From IMG/VR virus record IMGVR_UViG_3300032677_000006: a stretch of 64,000 nucleotides of DNA. One strand, given 5' to 3'. This document shows positions 9,055 to 18,887 of the stretch, piece by piece. The position numbers were made by a program, and so were the translations under genes. Position 1 is the stretch's first letter. The number at the start of each line of letters is the position of its first letter. The stretch comes from a virus. The notes beneath the pieces are model-generated. The model saw only the letters and a list, made by a program, of their open reading frames with translations, did not search any database and was not told the DNA's origin.

Positions 9055-10130
9055 ACCGGTATAGAACCGATTCGGAGCTTGGTTATGTCACAGGCTTGCT
9101 TCATGGCCCGGAGCGGGTCCACGGTGACCAGATTGCCCGTCACCGCCGCCGCGCTGTAGCGCTTGCGGTTGCGGATGGCGTCCCAGGCGGCGTCTACATC
9201 ATCGTTGGCATCGGCCTTCTTGTTGCCCTCCAGCTGCGGCATTTCCGCAATCGTCACCCGGGTCAGGTTGCTAAACGCGGCCACCGACTTCCAGGTCAGG
9301 GCGATGGCGTCGTGGTCGAACAGCAGGCAGAACTCCTCCGCGCCGCAGAGCAGCAGCTTCTGCACTTGCACCTGGCTGACAAAGTGCTTGAACACGCACA
9401 CCGGCACGTACTTGTGCTCCAGGTGGAGCGCGCGCAGCTTGCGCTTCAGCGACAGGACGTTCAGGATGGATTCCACCATGATGATGACATTGGGCTTGAC
9501 CGTCCGCACCTCGTCGATGTTGTACACCCAGTAGGACGCACCGTAGGTCACGTCCTTGCGGTTGGGGAAACGCTTGGTCGGCTCGCCCGGCACGTCCACG
9601 TACGTGCGGCCCTGATAGTAGACGGGCATCTTGGAATCGTAGACGGGAAAAATGCAGTACGGCTCCCACAGGCCCTGCTCCGTGAAGCCCGCGCCCGCCT
9701 CGATGAACGCTTTCAGGTCCAGATTTTTTCGCTTGGCCATGCGGCGGATCAGCTCCGTGTAGGCGCTGTCGGGGTCATCCTCCAGCCGGGTGAAGCCCAC
9801 CGGCAGGTCCACCGGCTTGAGCACCGGCATCTTGGTCCTGACCGCTGGCGGATTGTTCAGCAGCTCCTCCAGCGGCACGTTGCTGTAGCCGTTGTCGGAG
9901 TTCAGGAACTGGTAGCCCAGGGCCTTGGACCAGGCCATGAAATTGCCCTTGTTGTGCGCGCCCTTGTTGCACCGGAAGCAAAAGGTGAAGCCGGTGCGCA
10001 GGTTCACCGACCGGTGGCCGGAATGGTCGCCGCATTCCGGACAAAGGAACACCAGTTCCTCGGCGGAGGACTTGTCCGCCACCACCGTAAACATGCTTTC
10101 GATCTCTCGTTTTAACAATGGTCCGATCAT
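9051..10130 (-). CDS. DNA primase (Zn finger + TOPRIM)
   Basis: CPECGD...CFRC zinc finger, 'IFP...YYQGR', TOPRIM 'MVES' and 'FDHDA'. Confidence 0.85.
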   Translation of the reverse strand: MIGPLLKREIESMFTVVADKSSAEELVFLCPECGDHSGHRSVNLRTGFTFCFRCNKGAHNKGNFMAWSKALGYQFLNSDNGYSNVPLEELLNNPPAVRTKMPVLKPVDLPVGFTRLEDDPDSAYTELIRRMAKRKNLDLKAFIEAGAGFTEQGLWEPYCIFPVYDSKMPVYYQGRTYVDVPGEPTKRFPNRKDVTYGASYWVYNIDEVRTVKPNVIIMVESILNVLSLKRKLRALHLEHKYVPVCVFKHFVSQVQVQKLLLCGAEEFCLLFDHDAIALTWKSVAAFSNLTRVTIAEMPQLEGNKKADANDDVDAAWDAIRNRKRYSAAAVTGNLVTVDPLRAMKQACDITKLRIGSIPV

Positions 10131-10160
10131 AATCTGATCCTACTCTGTTGTATTTAGGCC

Positions 10161-10349
10161 ATGGACTTGAATAAATCTATAGCGACGGCTCAGCAGTTCA
10201 CCGCGCCCAGGCCGGACGGGCTGCCGGTGATCGACCGCTCCGCCCAGGCTGACTTCGGTCTGGACATGGCCCGCCGCGCCGCCCAGCGCAGCCAGCAGCC
10301 GGTGGACGCGCCCAAGCCGATGCCGCCCATCGTGCCGATGGCCAGTTAA
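10161..10349 (+). CDS. Small hypothetical protein (62 aa)
   Basis: GTATTTA motif 4 nt before ATG; fills the gap between genes. Confidence 0.55.
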   Translation: MDLNKSIATAQQFTAPRPDGLPVIDRSAQADFGLDMARRAAQRSQQPVDAPKPMPPIVPMAS

Positions 10350-11086
10350 ACCCCAAGAACGGCAGCTGGTCTGACTTCCAGCTTCGGATTCTGAAAAAAG
10401 TTTGGGCTGTCGAGTATGGCCAGCGACCGTTCGCGCTCCCAGGCGCAGTAGATGTTGGACCGAACCCGGGCCAGCAGCGAAGGCCGAACTCCGTCGTACC
10501 ACTTGAAATGGTGCGTATCTCCAAAATTAAGCGGTATTTCCATGCTGTTGTGGTGTCCCGACCGGATCGTCACGTCCCCTCGGTGCAGTCCAATCTTGTG
10601 GACATTTGCGCCGGACCATTTGGTCATGGAAGTCGCCCACGGGAATTGCGCATCCAGACTGACGTCCAGCTTCACCGGCGGCAGCGCCCCTTCCGGCGCA
10701 AACCGGTCCACAAACCGGCTGCGCACGACCTTATAGCCTTCCTGCTGGGCCTGGGCGGCCATGTCCGGAAAGGATTTGCCGCCGTAGTCGTGCAGTTCGT
10801 CCAGGTCGGCCACCAGAAACCATTCGTCAGCCGCCACGAACTCCCGGCGCGCCCGGTTGAGCGCCACTGTTTCGTCGGTTGAGTTGTACAGGTTGTACGT
10901 GCAAAACTGGTTTGGCCGCACGTGCCAGTCGAGTCCCTGGCTGTGTTTCGCCAGCTCAGCGTAGACGGGGCACTTAATCCCTCGCCACGCGGCGTACACG
11001 AACCGCGTCACTCCGCGCTGCTGGTAGTACTTCAGCAGGAACGGGAGCAGGTAGGTGCGGTCGTATACGGGTATTATCAGCGTCAT
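10346..11086 (-). CDS. Glycosyltransferase, GT-A fold (GT2/GT92-like)
   Basis: 'FLLKYYQQRGV', 'WFLVADLDELH' DxD motif, 'HHFKW'. Confidence 0.8.
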   Translation of the reverse strand: MTLIIPVYDRTYLLPFLLKYYQQRGVTRFVYAAWRGIKCPVYAELAKHSQGLDWHVRPNQFCTYNLYNSTDETVALNRARREFVAADEWFLVADLDELHDYGGKSFPDMAAQAQQEGYKVVRSRFVDRFAPEGALPPVKLDVSLDAQFPWATSMTKWSGANVHKIGLHRGDVTIRSGHHNSMEIPLNFGDTHHFKWYDGVRPSLLARVRSNIYCAWERERSLAILDSPNFFQNPKLEVRPAAVLGV

Positions 11087-11832
11087 ACTCCTATTTGACT
11101 TGCCGGTTCACTTTTGCACTTTGGGTCGCTCAGGTAATCCGGTGTTTCCAGCAGGCTCAAGGCTTTAGCCTGCTCCCAGGCCCAGTTGATGTGCGCGGCC
11201 AGCTGGCGCTCGTGCCTGCTCTTCAAGATTTCCTTTATGCCGCTGACCCACTTAAAATGATGGGTATACCCAAACGGAAAGCTCACCTCGTCGCACTCAT
11301 GGTGACCGCTGCGGATGGGCAGGCCGCCCTGGCATAGACTAACCTTAAGGTAGCAGGCTCCCATCCAGCGGGTAAACTGGGTCATGGTCGGAAACTGCTC
11401 GTCTAACGTCCGCTCCGGCTGGATGACCGGCAGCGCGCCGTCAGCGGCAAACCGGTCCCTAAACTCGCCTTGAACGCAGCGAAAGCCCGCCCTCTCCGCC
11501 ATGGCCGCAGCCTCCGCCAGGCTTTTCCCGTCGTAATAATGAAATTCATCCGCATCCGCCAGCACGTACCATTCTTCCGGCTCGACAAATTCGCGCCTGA
11601 TTTCGTTGAGGCCATCCGTTTCGCTGTAAGCGTAGTCTGACTCGGAGCACAGCACGGTCGGTCGCACGTGCCAGTCCAGCGCGCCGCTGAGGGCGGCAAC
11701 CTGAGCGTACACCGGATGACGGATGCCGTTGCACAGCGCGTAGACAATTCGCGTTACGCCCATCCGCGTGTAGTACCGCAGCACGTACGGCACCAGCTCA
11801 ACCCGGTCGTGCAATGTCAGGATCAAGGTCAC
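11083..11832 (-). CDS. Glycosyltransferase, paralogue of 10346-11086
   Basis: 'WYVLADADEFH', 'IRSGHH', 'HHFKW'; collinear with its neighbour. Confidence 0.8.
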   Translation of the reverse strand: MTLILTLHDRVELVPYVLRYYTRMGVTRIVYALCNGIRHPVYAQVAALSGALDWHVRPTVLCSESDYAYSETDGLNEIRREFVEPEEWYVLADADEFHYYDGKSLAEAAAMAERAGFRCVQGEFRDRFAADGALPVIQPERTLDEQFPTMTQFTRWMGACYLKVSLCQGGLPIRSGHHECDEVSFPFGYTHHFKWVSGIKEILKSRHERQLAAHINWAWEQAKALSLLETPDYLSDPKCKSEPASQIGV

Positions 11833-12659
11833 AGCAGGTACCCCTTGCTTTCGTACACGGCCCGGTTATCCGTCACCCAGCGCGGCAGCGGCGCGTCCGG
11901 CATCCGGTCGAAGATGAAGCCACCTTTAGGGTCCACCTGCCTGCCCAGCCGCCGCATGTCCACCGGCACGTCGCCTTGGAGGGCGTACAGGATCGGCAGC
12001 GTGTGCCGCCCGAAGCAGTGCGAGTAATTTTTGAGTTTGTACTGAACCCGGCCAGGACCTTCCGGACCCAACAAGTAGGAAAAGTGCCAGCCCGCGCGCT
12101 CCAAACGCTTGGCCAGCGGATAGGGGTCGCTCTTGTAGCTGAAGTGTTCAAACGGACGCAGCCGATGCACCGGATACTGGTTGTACAGCGACCCGGGTAC
12201 TAGATAAGGAGCCTTCCAGACTTTGTTGACGCACCCGTAATTCAGGTAGAAGTGAAAGAACGCCAGCTCCAGGCCGACTGCGCCGTCCCGAGGCCGGTAG
12301 TTTAGAATCGTCTGCGCGCTGATGATTTCGTCAGCGTCACAGATGCTAAACACGTCGAATTCCTTTAGCCTTGGCAGCACTTCCTTCAAGTAATCGCGCT
12401 GGTAGTTTTGGCGCGCCCAGGAGGCGGCCTGGGCATCTTCCGGCAGGTTGGGGCAGGGCGGCACCTCTATGTATACAATTTTATCGCGCCACTGCTCGAA
12501 CTCGTCGGCGTGCTCCTGGTAGCTGAGCCGCTTGGGCCTGCCCGCGAAGGTGACCCGGCTCTCCAGCACGTAGAAGCGGTCAACCACGCGGTACATCTCG
12601 TGCAGCCGCAGCTTGAGCAGCTCCAGCTCATTAAGCAGGATGGATGCGTTGATCACCAT
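11829..12659 (-). CDS. GT17 family (MGAT3-like beta-1,4-GlcNAc transferase)
   Basis: 'NELELLKLRLHEM..VVDRF.VLES..TFAGRPK', 'W.RQNYQRD', 'DADEI', 'GWHFSY'; start at ATG 12659. Confidence 0.85.
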   Translation of the reverse strand: MVINASILLNELELLKLRLHEMYRVVDRFYVLESRVTFAGRPKRLSYQEHADEFEQWRDKIVYIEVPPCPNLPEDAQAASWARQNYQRDYLKEVLPRLKEFDVFSICDADEIISAQTILNYRPRDGAVGLELAFFHFYLNYGCVNKVWKAPYLVPGSLYNQYPVHRLRPFEHFSYKSDPYPLAKRLERAGWHFSYLLGPEGPGRVQYKLKNYSHCFGRHTLPILYALQGDVPVDMRRLGRQVDPKGGFIFDRMPDAPLPRWVTDNRAVYESKGYLL

Positions 12660-15379
12660 AGCGGCTCGTCGATCAAAGACAGATACTCGTTGGACCAGTA
12701 CGGGTACAGTCCACCGGCAAAAGCCAGTTCCAGGTTGCGCAGGCTGAAAAGTTTCACCAGCGGTCCTTCGGAGTCCTGGTGCAAGTGGCACGCCTGCGGG
12801 TACAGCCATTCACTCTCCACCTGGTTTATATCCACCAGCGTGGGCAGCATGATTTCCCTGGCGCTGGGGAAGTTAAGCACCACCACGCACTTAAGCCCCA
12901 GCGCGGAAGCCAGGTGCATTGGCCCGCTGACAATGCCTAAAAACCATTCACTGCCGGACATCAAGGCAATGGATTCATCCAGGCTGCGACCGGTGCGGTC
13001 CTCCACCCCGTTCAGGTTGTGGCAGGTCTGGCCTATCTCCACAAAGGACATGTCGGCGCGGTGGGCGTCCACAAACTCCTGGATCACCTTGAAAGTCGAC
13101 GGGTACACTTCGCGCGCCCGGCCATGCACGCGCCGCCGCTGCCACTGGGCGTGCGCCCCGGGTTCAAAATGCAGCACGCAGCGGCCCGGCACCTTGTCCT
13201 GGGGACAGACCACCGTGGCCCGGGGCAGCAAGTCGGCCCGATAGCCCCATGCCCGTTGCAGGCGCTGCATCAAATGGCCGTTGCCCAGGTCGAAGGTCTT
13301 TTGCAAAAAGTCGGAAGACACCGGCGGCCTGCCGTCGTACGGCTTGTACCAGGGGTTGTGCTTGATCAACGTCTCAAACTTGGCATCGGCGTGAAAGATA
13401 TGCGTATAGCCGCCCTGCTCCGTAGAGACCCGGGGCAGGGAGGACATGACCAACATGTCGCCGATGCCGCTCTGGTAATTGGACAGCGCGTAATTGGTCA
13501 AGTCAATGAGCGGCTCTTTCGGTGCCGCTTTCATCCGGCGATAGTAATTCCGGATGTGGTCCACTACTTCGCGGGATTTGCGCTTGTGGCTGGTCCGGCG
13601 CAAGCTGGACCTTGCAACGGTTTCCTGGCGGAACAGCCGGTACGCCAACAGGTCGGCGCTGGCGCAGTCCTCCGCCTCCATGAGCTGGCGAATGTCCACG
13701 TCCGCCGTTTCCAGCAGGCTGCGGTGCCGCTGCCACCAGCCGTAGGTGAAAGCGTAAAACTCCACCTCCGGGCTGGGCACAGAATTGCGCTCCAAATCCG
13801 CCGAGGTATGCGTTCCCGGCATGGCCACTTGTCGGCGCAGGCCATAGAAACAGTCTGCTTCGCACAGCTTGGCCCGCAGAATGCGCTCAACATCCGGCAC
13901 GAAATACGTGTCACCGGGCGTGTAGACAATAACATCAATCGGTTCTGCTGACGTCAGTTTGGCGATGTCCGCCAGTGTGTTGCTGCCTGACAGCTGCCAG
14001 GGCGGCCAGGTATTGGACGCCTGCTCGTTTACCACTTCCGGATGCACGTGCCAGAACAGGCGGAACATCACGCGATTAACGGCAGTGTCCAAGGCGTCCG
14101 TGTCCAAGGCGTCCGTGTAGCGAAAAGTCTTGGCCAGGTTACAGCAGGGCACGGTGGCGCTCCAGGAGCCTGCCAGGGTGTTCAAGTAGGCAATCACTGG
14201 AATCTTAACTGCCTGCGCCAGGTGGAGGAAGGCGGTGTCCACGGTTATCAACAGGTCAGCCGCGTCCATCAGGGTCAGGAAATCAGTCAGCGTGGACGCT
14301 TTGACGTCATCCAGCCAGACTACCGCCGATCCGTACTTGGTGGCGATCCATTCCCGCAGCCGGACGGCGTGCGGAAACGGGCTGGACTTGCCTTGCAGGG
14401 CCACCAGGATCGTGGGCGTGCGGTTGCGCAGGTGAAGCTTGGCCAGCTCCAGTTCGCCCGCCAGGTCACGGCCATCCAGCACCAGCGGCAGCTTTCCGCG
14501 CAAAGGCAGCAGGCCCAGCGCGGCCCAGGGTTCTTCACAGTAGCTCCGGCACCTGTAGTCCATCGTGAAATCACGGGTACAGGGCTGCATGACCACCACT
14601 TCGGTATACCGTGTCGACGCCCATTCCAGCGCCGGTTGCGTCAAGTCGAACTTACCGGGATAAATGACCGGATTCCAGTAGCTGACCCAGGCCGCCGCAT
14701 CCGCAAAGTCCTGGCTGATCACCACGTTGGGCTTTTCGCCGGTAGCGTCGAACAAATGCTTGAAGATCGGCAGCACGTTCAGCAAGTCACCGTACCGGCC
14801 TAAAACCAGGTAGCAGCGGATGCTGTACTTTATCTCTGGCGGGAAAGGCCCGACCTTGAACGGGTGAGTAATAAGTCCTATCCGGTAGCTTAAACGCTTC
14901 GTCTGAATCAGCGTAATCGAAGGCACAAACTGTTCCGCGAAGGTACGCTCATTTCCCTCAGCGTTGTAGCGGATCAGACCCAGCGCAGAGCGGAAAAAGG
15001 CGAAGCAGGCGGCATTGTCGTCCGGCTGCTCGACGCCGGAAGCGCTGCTGACCAGGTGGAGACTGTTGGTGACTGCCCGCATGTGAAAGTCGATGTAGTC
15101 GGGGTCGTACCAGTAGTTTGGCAGCCAGGGGAAGCACCACTCGGCCTGGGCCAGCTCCAGGGCGGCGTTCTTAAGCTCCTGGATGCTGCCGCCGGACTCC
15201 ACCACCTTTACCTCCGGCGGCAGGCTTATGGCGCGTCCGCTGCCGTTGATGACGATCAAGCTTTTGAGCGGCCAGGTTTGCCGGATAAAGCAGAAGGCCG
15301 CGTTCATTGCGTTTTCCTTCAGGTCATCCGGTCCGATGACCATGAGTCCGTTTACCGAGGGTTGTTCAGGCCACGCCAT
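12653..15379 (-). CDS. Multidomain glycosyltransferase: degenerate GT2 + two GT9 (heptosyltransferase-like) modules
   Basis: 'LGRYGDLL...TVDTAFLHLAQAVKIP' and 'GIGDMLV...VSGPMHLASALG'. Confidence 0.78.
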   Translation of the reverse strand: MAWPEQPSVNGLMVIGPDDLKENAMNAAFCFIRQTWPLKSLIVINGSGRAISLPPEVKVVESGGSIQELKNAALELAQAEWCFPWLPNYWYDPDYIDFHMRAVTNSLHLVSSASGVEQPDDNAACFAFFRSALGLIRYNAEGNERTFAEQFVPSITLIQTKRLSYRIGLITHPFKVGPFPPEIKYSIRCYLVLGRYGDLLNVLPIFKHLFDATGEKPNVVISQDFADAAAWVSYWNPVIYPGKFDLTQPALEWASTRYTEVVVMQPCTRDFTMDYRCRSYCEEPWAALGLLPLRGKLPLVLDGRDLAGELELAKLHLRNRTPTILVALQGKSSPFPHAVRLREWIATKYGSAVVWLDDVKASTLTDFLTLMDAADLLITVDTAFLHLAQAVKIPVIAYLNTLAGSWSATVPCCNLAKTFRYTDALDTDALDTAVNRVMFRLFWHVHPEVVNEQASNTWPPWQLSGSNTLADIAKLTSAEPIDVIVYTPGDTYFVPDVERILRAKLCEADCFYGLRRQVAMPGTHTSADLERNSVPSPEVEFYAFTYGWWQRHRSLLETADVDIRQLMEAEDCASADLLAYRLFRQETVARSSLRRTSHKRKSREVVDHIRNYYRRMKAAPKEPLIDLTNYALSNYQSGIGDMLVMSSLPRVSTEQGGYTHIFHADAKFETLIKHNPWYKPYDGRPPVSSDFLQKTFDLGNGHLMQRLQRAWGYRADLLPRATVVCPQDKVPGRCVLHFEPGAHAQWQRRRVHGRAREVYPSTFKVIQEFVDAHRADMSFVEIGQTCHNLNGVEDRTGRSLDESIALMSGSEWFLGIVSGPMHLASALGLKCVVVLNFPSAREIMLPTLVDINQVESEWLYPQACHLHQDSEGPLVKLFSLRNLELAFAGGLYPYWSNEYLSLIDEPLW
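14085..14114. repeat. 15-bp tandem duplication (TDALD x2) in the GT gene
   Basis: gtgtccaaggcgtcc occurs twice in tandem. Confidence 0.8.
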
Positions 15380-15995
15380 AAGGGTATTCTCGCATCATGC
15401 TTAAACGCTGATTCTGGGTTAAGGCTCCGAAGTGGTGCAGCGGCTTTAGCCGCTCTGGATCGTACCACGGCATGTCTGCTATCCAGTTCGAGTCCAAAAA
15501 GGAAATCCGGCGGGCCACCGCAGGAAACTCGTTGAGCAGCCCCTTAATGGTGTTCTGCTCCCACTTAGGCCCTAAAGCCGCCCCGTAGCGGTCGTCGTCC
15601 TTGACGTCTCCGCACCGGCTAAGCGTAGGTAAAAACCAGTCGGTCCAGGCACACTTCTTAACCGCCAGCACGCAGGCGCACAGGCCGTTCCAGTCGGAGG
15701 CTCCCAGCAGGTCAAACTGAAGTTTGTCGCCCAAGTCGTCCACCAGCGCAAACGGACGAAGCAGCAGGCAGTCGGCGTCAATCCACACCGCCCAGTCCCC
15801 ATCCTGTAAATCCGACAGCGTCGTTTGGAGGGCGGCTATTTTGTTCCAGGACGGATGCACCCCTGGGTCCAATAACTCCGTGTATACGTCCAAGCCAACA
15901 CCCATGGCCGCCGCGTGCGTCCGCAGCGACTTGGCACACTGATCGCCCACCTGAGCGTAGCCCGCGTCGTATAGCGTAAGCAGCTTCACGTTCAT
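15366..15995 (-). CDS. GT34-like (GMA12/MNN10) glycosyltransferase
   Basis: 'HPSWNKI', 'WIDADC', 'WEQNTI'. Confidence 0.78.
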   Translation of the reverse strand: MNVKLLTLYDAGYAQVGDQCAKSLRTHAAAMGVGLDVYTELLDPGVHPSWNKIAALQTTLSDLQDGDWAVWIDADCLLLRPFALVDDLGDKLQFDLLGASDWNGLCACVLAVKKCAWTDWFLPTLSRCGDVKDDDRYGAALGPKWEQNTIKGLLNEFPAVARRISFLDSNWIADMPWYDPERLKPLHHFGALTQNQRLSMMREYPYGVA

Positions 15996-16777
15996 AGCTC
16001 GGCAACTTCCGACCGAATAAGTCGGCTGCTGGCGCTTTCGTCCAGGTTGGTGTAGTCGCGGTGAATGCCTTCCCAGTAATCAAAGCGCATCTCCCGGCAC
16101 TTGGTGTAGACCGCCATGCCGCGCAGGGTATGGTCATCCTTGCCGTGGTCCATGAAAACAGCTTCACCAACCCGTTTACAGCCAAAGGACGCGAAAGTTT
16201 CGTCCAGCCCCCTCAGATTAAAGAAAGTGCAACTGGTCGCGTCCCACGGCGACGTCGTGACCGGGCAGTGGATCAGCGGCTCGTCATTTGGCCCGTAGAA
16301 TCCAGATTCCACGACAATGATGCCGCCGGTCTGGGTCGCGCCCACGACGGCAGATATGCCATTGATTGGATACCGCAGGTGGTACAGGACGCCCATGAAC
16401 AGCACGGTGCGGAACTGGTTGTCCCGATCCAAGCTATACACGGACTTTTCCCGGATCGTCAGCTTGGACCCGCGTAGTTCGCGCATCAGGCCAATGCCTT
16501 CGCTGATGTTGTTATCAATGCCGGTGACTGGCTCGATGCCGTTGTCCTCCAGCCAAAAACTGAACATGCCGTCGCGACAGCCTATGTCGAGGGCCGGACC
16601 TTTAAGCAGCTTGCGCGCGTGCAAATCGTTCAGCTGCTCCTTGATCCAGTTCCAGGATTTCTCCAGTCCGAGACTGTGGCCGTGGGTGACGATGCTGGTG
16701 CCCGGCACTTCCATGGTGTGGTACCACTTAACCTTGTTCACTCTGACCCGCAGGGCTTCTTCGTTTAGGGTGTCCAT
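15992..16777 (-). CDS. Class I SAM-dependent methyltransferase (CmoB/DUF1698-like)
   Basis: 'WYHT', 'ALDIGCRDGMFSF', 'VLFMGVLYHLRYP'. Confidence 0.85.
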   Translation of the reverse strand: MDTLNEEALRVRVNKVKWYHTMEVPGTSIVTHGHSLGLEKSWNWIKEQLNDLHARKLLKGPALDIGCRDGMFSFWLEDNGIEPVTGIDNNISEGIGLMRELRGSKLTIREKSVYSLDRDNQFRTVLFMGVLYHLRYPINGISAVVGATQTGGIIVVESGFYGPNDEPLIHCPVTTSPWDATSCTFFNLRGLDETFASFGCKRVGEAVFMDHGKDDHTLRGMAVYTKCREMRFDYWEGIHRDYTNLDESASSRLIRSEVAEL

Positions 16778-18870
16778 GTGTCTTTAATGTTGTGTATTCC
16801 GGCGACCGCTCCGGCTACGAGCCTTCGCTTTTGGTAGTCGCGCTGGATAAAGCACTCGCCGTTAAAGGACAGCGCCTGGGTGACGGGCGAGAAGCGCTCC
16901 AGGTACTCCAGGCCGTAGGTCCGCGCCAGCTCCAGGCCGACGCGCATGTCCCAGGGCTTGTCGGTGTAGATTCCGCTTTTCCAGGCGGCAACCACTTCCT
17001 TGGTCCGGTAAATGGCGAAGCATCCGTTGGGAAACAGCGTCCACTGCTCGCGCGGCAGCCACTCGTCGCGCAGGGAGTAAATGTGGGCACCGGTCACCCG
17101 GTTATACTCGCGCACAATCAAGCGGCATATCGTGCGCACCCCGGGACCGGCAAATTGAGTGTGAAAGGGCACCGGGGTGCCTGCCAGCAAAAAGTCCGGG
17201 TTGTGGGCCAGCGCCTCGCGCAGCAGGCGCTCGTCCCAGGCCCCGCCTTTGACCCGGCAGTCGGGTTCAATGGGCATGAAAAACTCGGCGTCCAACTGTT
17301 CCGCCACTTTGATCACCTCGTTGAAAATACCAATGCCGGTAACGTGGGTGTTGGCTCCGCACCTGATCGGCTCGGCCAGCAGGTGCTGCGGCTGATAATC
17401 CGGGGTCTCGCTGACGTAATGCACCGGGAACGTCGGGGGATTGGCGCTTAAATTGCGGAAAAACACGTCATTGTGCCCGACTTCCGGCGGCGGCAGATAG
17501 CAGATACTGACCAGGCGCGGTTTACCGTGGATCAGGAGCGGAACGGAGGGCAGATCGGGCCGGGCCACGGAAAGGAAGGCTTCGCGGATGCTATTCTCCC
17601 ACAGCGTAAGCTCGATCCAGGGACAATGAAAGACCACGTTCTCCACCCGGCCCGAGCATTCCCACTTGGGCCTTCCGAAGTGTATGGACGGCGTGTTGGT
17701 CGCCCGGTTCAGGTGCAAAATGGCCGTGTCGGCACAGACTAGCAGTTTCGCATTTTCCAGCAGCAGCAGAAAATCCGCAAAGTTGTCCAACCGTACCTCA
17801 GAAATGTCTACAACCGACCAGCCCCATTCCCGGCAGAGTTCGGCCAGCAACTTTTGCACCCAGGCAGCCTCAGCATCGGTCGGCGGCGAGGAATGGCTTT
17901 TTAAGCAGGTGACCACGTACGGCGAGTCGGGGTTGAACCGGTCGAACACCGCCGTCTCGGCGGTCGCGTTTCGACGGTCAAACACCAGCGGCAGCTTGCC
18001 CCACTGCTCCAGGTAGCCAAGCTTCTCCCACTGGGCTTTCAGAAAGTTAGCGCCGGTCTTGCGATTTTTAGACGTTCCAAAAAACATGCAGTTGGTCGCC
18101 TTAAGCCCGGTGCCCTCGACTTCCTTTACCGCCGATTCGGCGTCGTGAAGGCTGCCTTGAAACAACACTGGCTCCACGTAGCTTACCCGTTCCAGTATGG
18201 CGGCAAACTCCGGGCAGACCATCATTTTGGGCGCGATGCCGCTGCGCAGAAAGAGCGCCCGGCAAACCGGCAGCACGTTAATGATGTCACCGATGCGCCC
18301 CAAATTTACGATTACTGAGCCGTCCGGCTTGGGCGACGCGACCGTCAGCTTGGGCGCTTCCGCGTCTCGGACCTTGGTCTCCGACTTAACGTGGTGGGCC
18401 AGGACGCGGTCGGAATGCACCGCTACCGGGGTTCCCAACTGACCCAGAAACAGGTGCTCGTAGCCGTGGTCGTCATAACGAATCTTGCCCAGAGCTGCCT
18501 TGGCGTAGCCGCAGAAGCGCCGGTCCTGGCCATACAGCAGCACGTTTGCGCCGTTGGCTTTGCCCAGCAGGGTGTCGAGGTATTCAGGCGCATACCAGGC
18601 GTCCGGCAGCCAGTTAAAAATCCACTCGCCAGTGGCCAGCGCCAGCGCCTGGTTGCGCAATTCGCCGTAGGGCAGAGGGAGACCGACCACTTCCTGAATA
18701 TCGGCGTTCGGCGGAGCCAGGGCGACACCGGTGCTGTTAACCACGATCAACTCTTTTACCGGCCAGGTCTGGCGAATAAAGCAGTAAATCGAGTTTAGCG
18801 CCGCGTCCCGTAAATCACAGGGGCGCACCACCATTACCGCCGAGACAAAACGATGTTCAGGCCATGCCAT
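16765..18870 (-). CDS. Multidomain glycosyltransferase (degenerate GT2 + GT9 + C-terminal GT-A-like), paralogue of 12653-15379
   Basis: Shared MAWPE start, CFIRQTWP, LGRIGDIINVLP, GKLPLVFD, DTAILHL. Confidence 0.75.
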   Translation of the reverse strand: MAWPEHRFVSAVMVVRPCDLRDAALNSIYCFIRQTWPVKELIVVNSTGVALAPPNADIQEVVGLPLPYGELRNQALALATGEWIFNWLPDAWYAPEYLDTLLGKANGANVLLYGQDRRFCGYAKAALGKIRYDDHGYEHLFLGQLGTPVAVHSDRVLAHHVKSETKVRDAEAPKLTVASPKPDGSVIVNLGRIGDIINVLPVCRALFLRSGIAPKMMVCPEFAAILERVSYVEPVLFQGSLHDAESAVKEVEGTGLKATNCMFFGTSKNRKTGANFLKAQWEKLGYLEQWGKLPLVFDRRNATAETAVFDRFNPDSPYVVTCLKSHSSPPTDAEAAWVQKLLAELCREWGWSVVDISEVRLDNFADFLLLLENAKLLVCADTAILHLNRATNTPSIHFGRPKWECSGRVENVVFHCPWIELTLWENSIREAFLSVARPDLPSVPLLIHGKPRLVSICYLPPPEVGHNDVFFRNLSANPPTFPVHYVSETPDYQPQHLLAEPIRCGANTHVTGIGIFNEVIKVAEQLDAEFFMPIEPDCRVKGGAWDERLLREALAHNPDFLLAGTPVPFHTQFAGPGVRTICRLIVREYNRVTGAHIYSLRDEWLPREQWTLFPNGCFAIYRTKEVVAAWKSGIYTDKPWDMRVGLELARTYGLEYLERFSPVTQALSFNGECFIQRDYQKRRLVAGAVAGIHNIKDTWTP

Positions 18871-18887
18871 GCAGCTTTAGAACTGAA

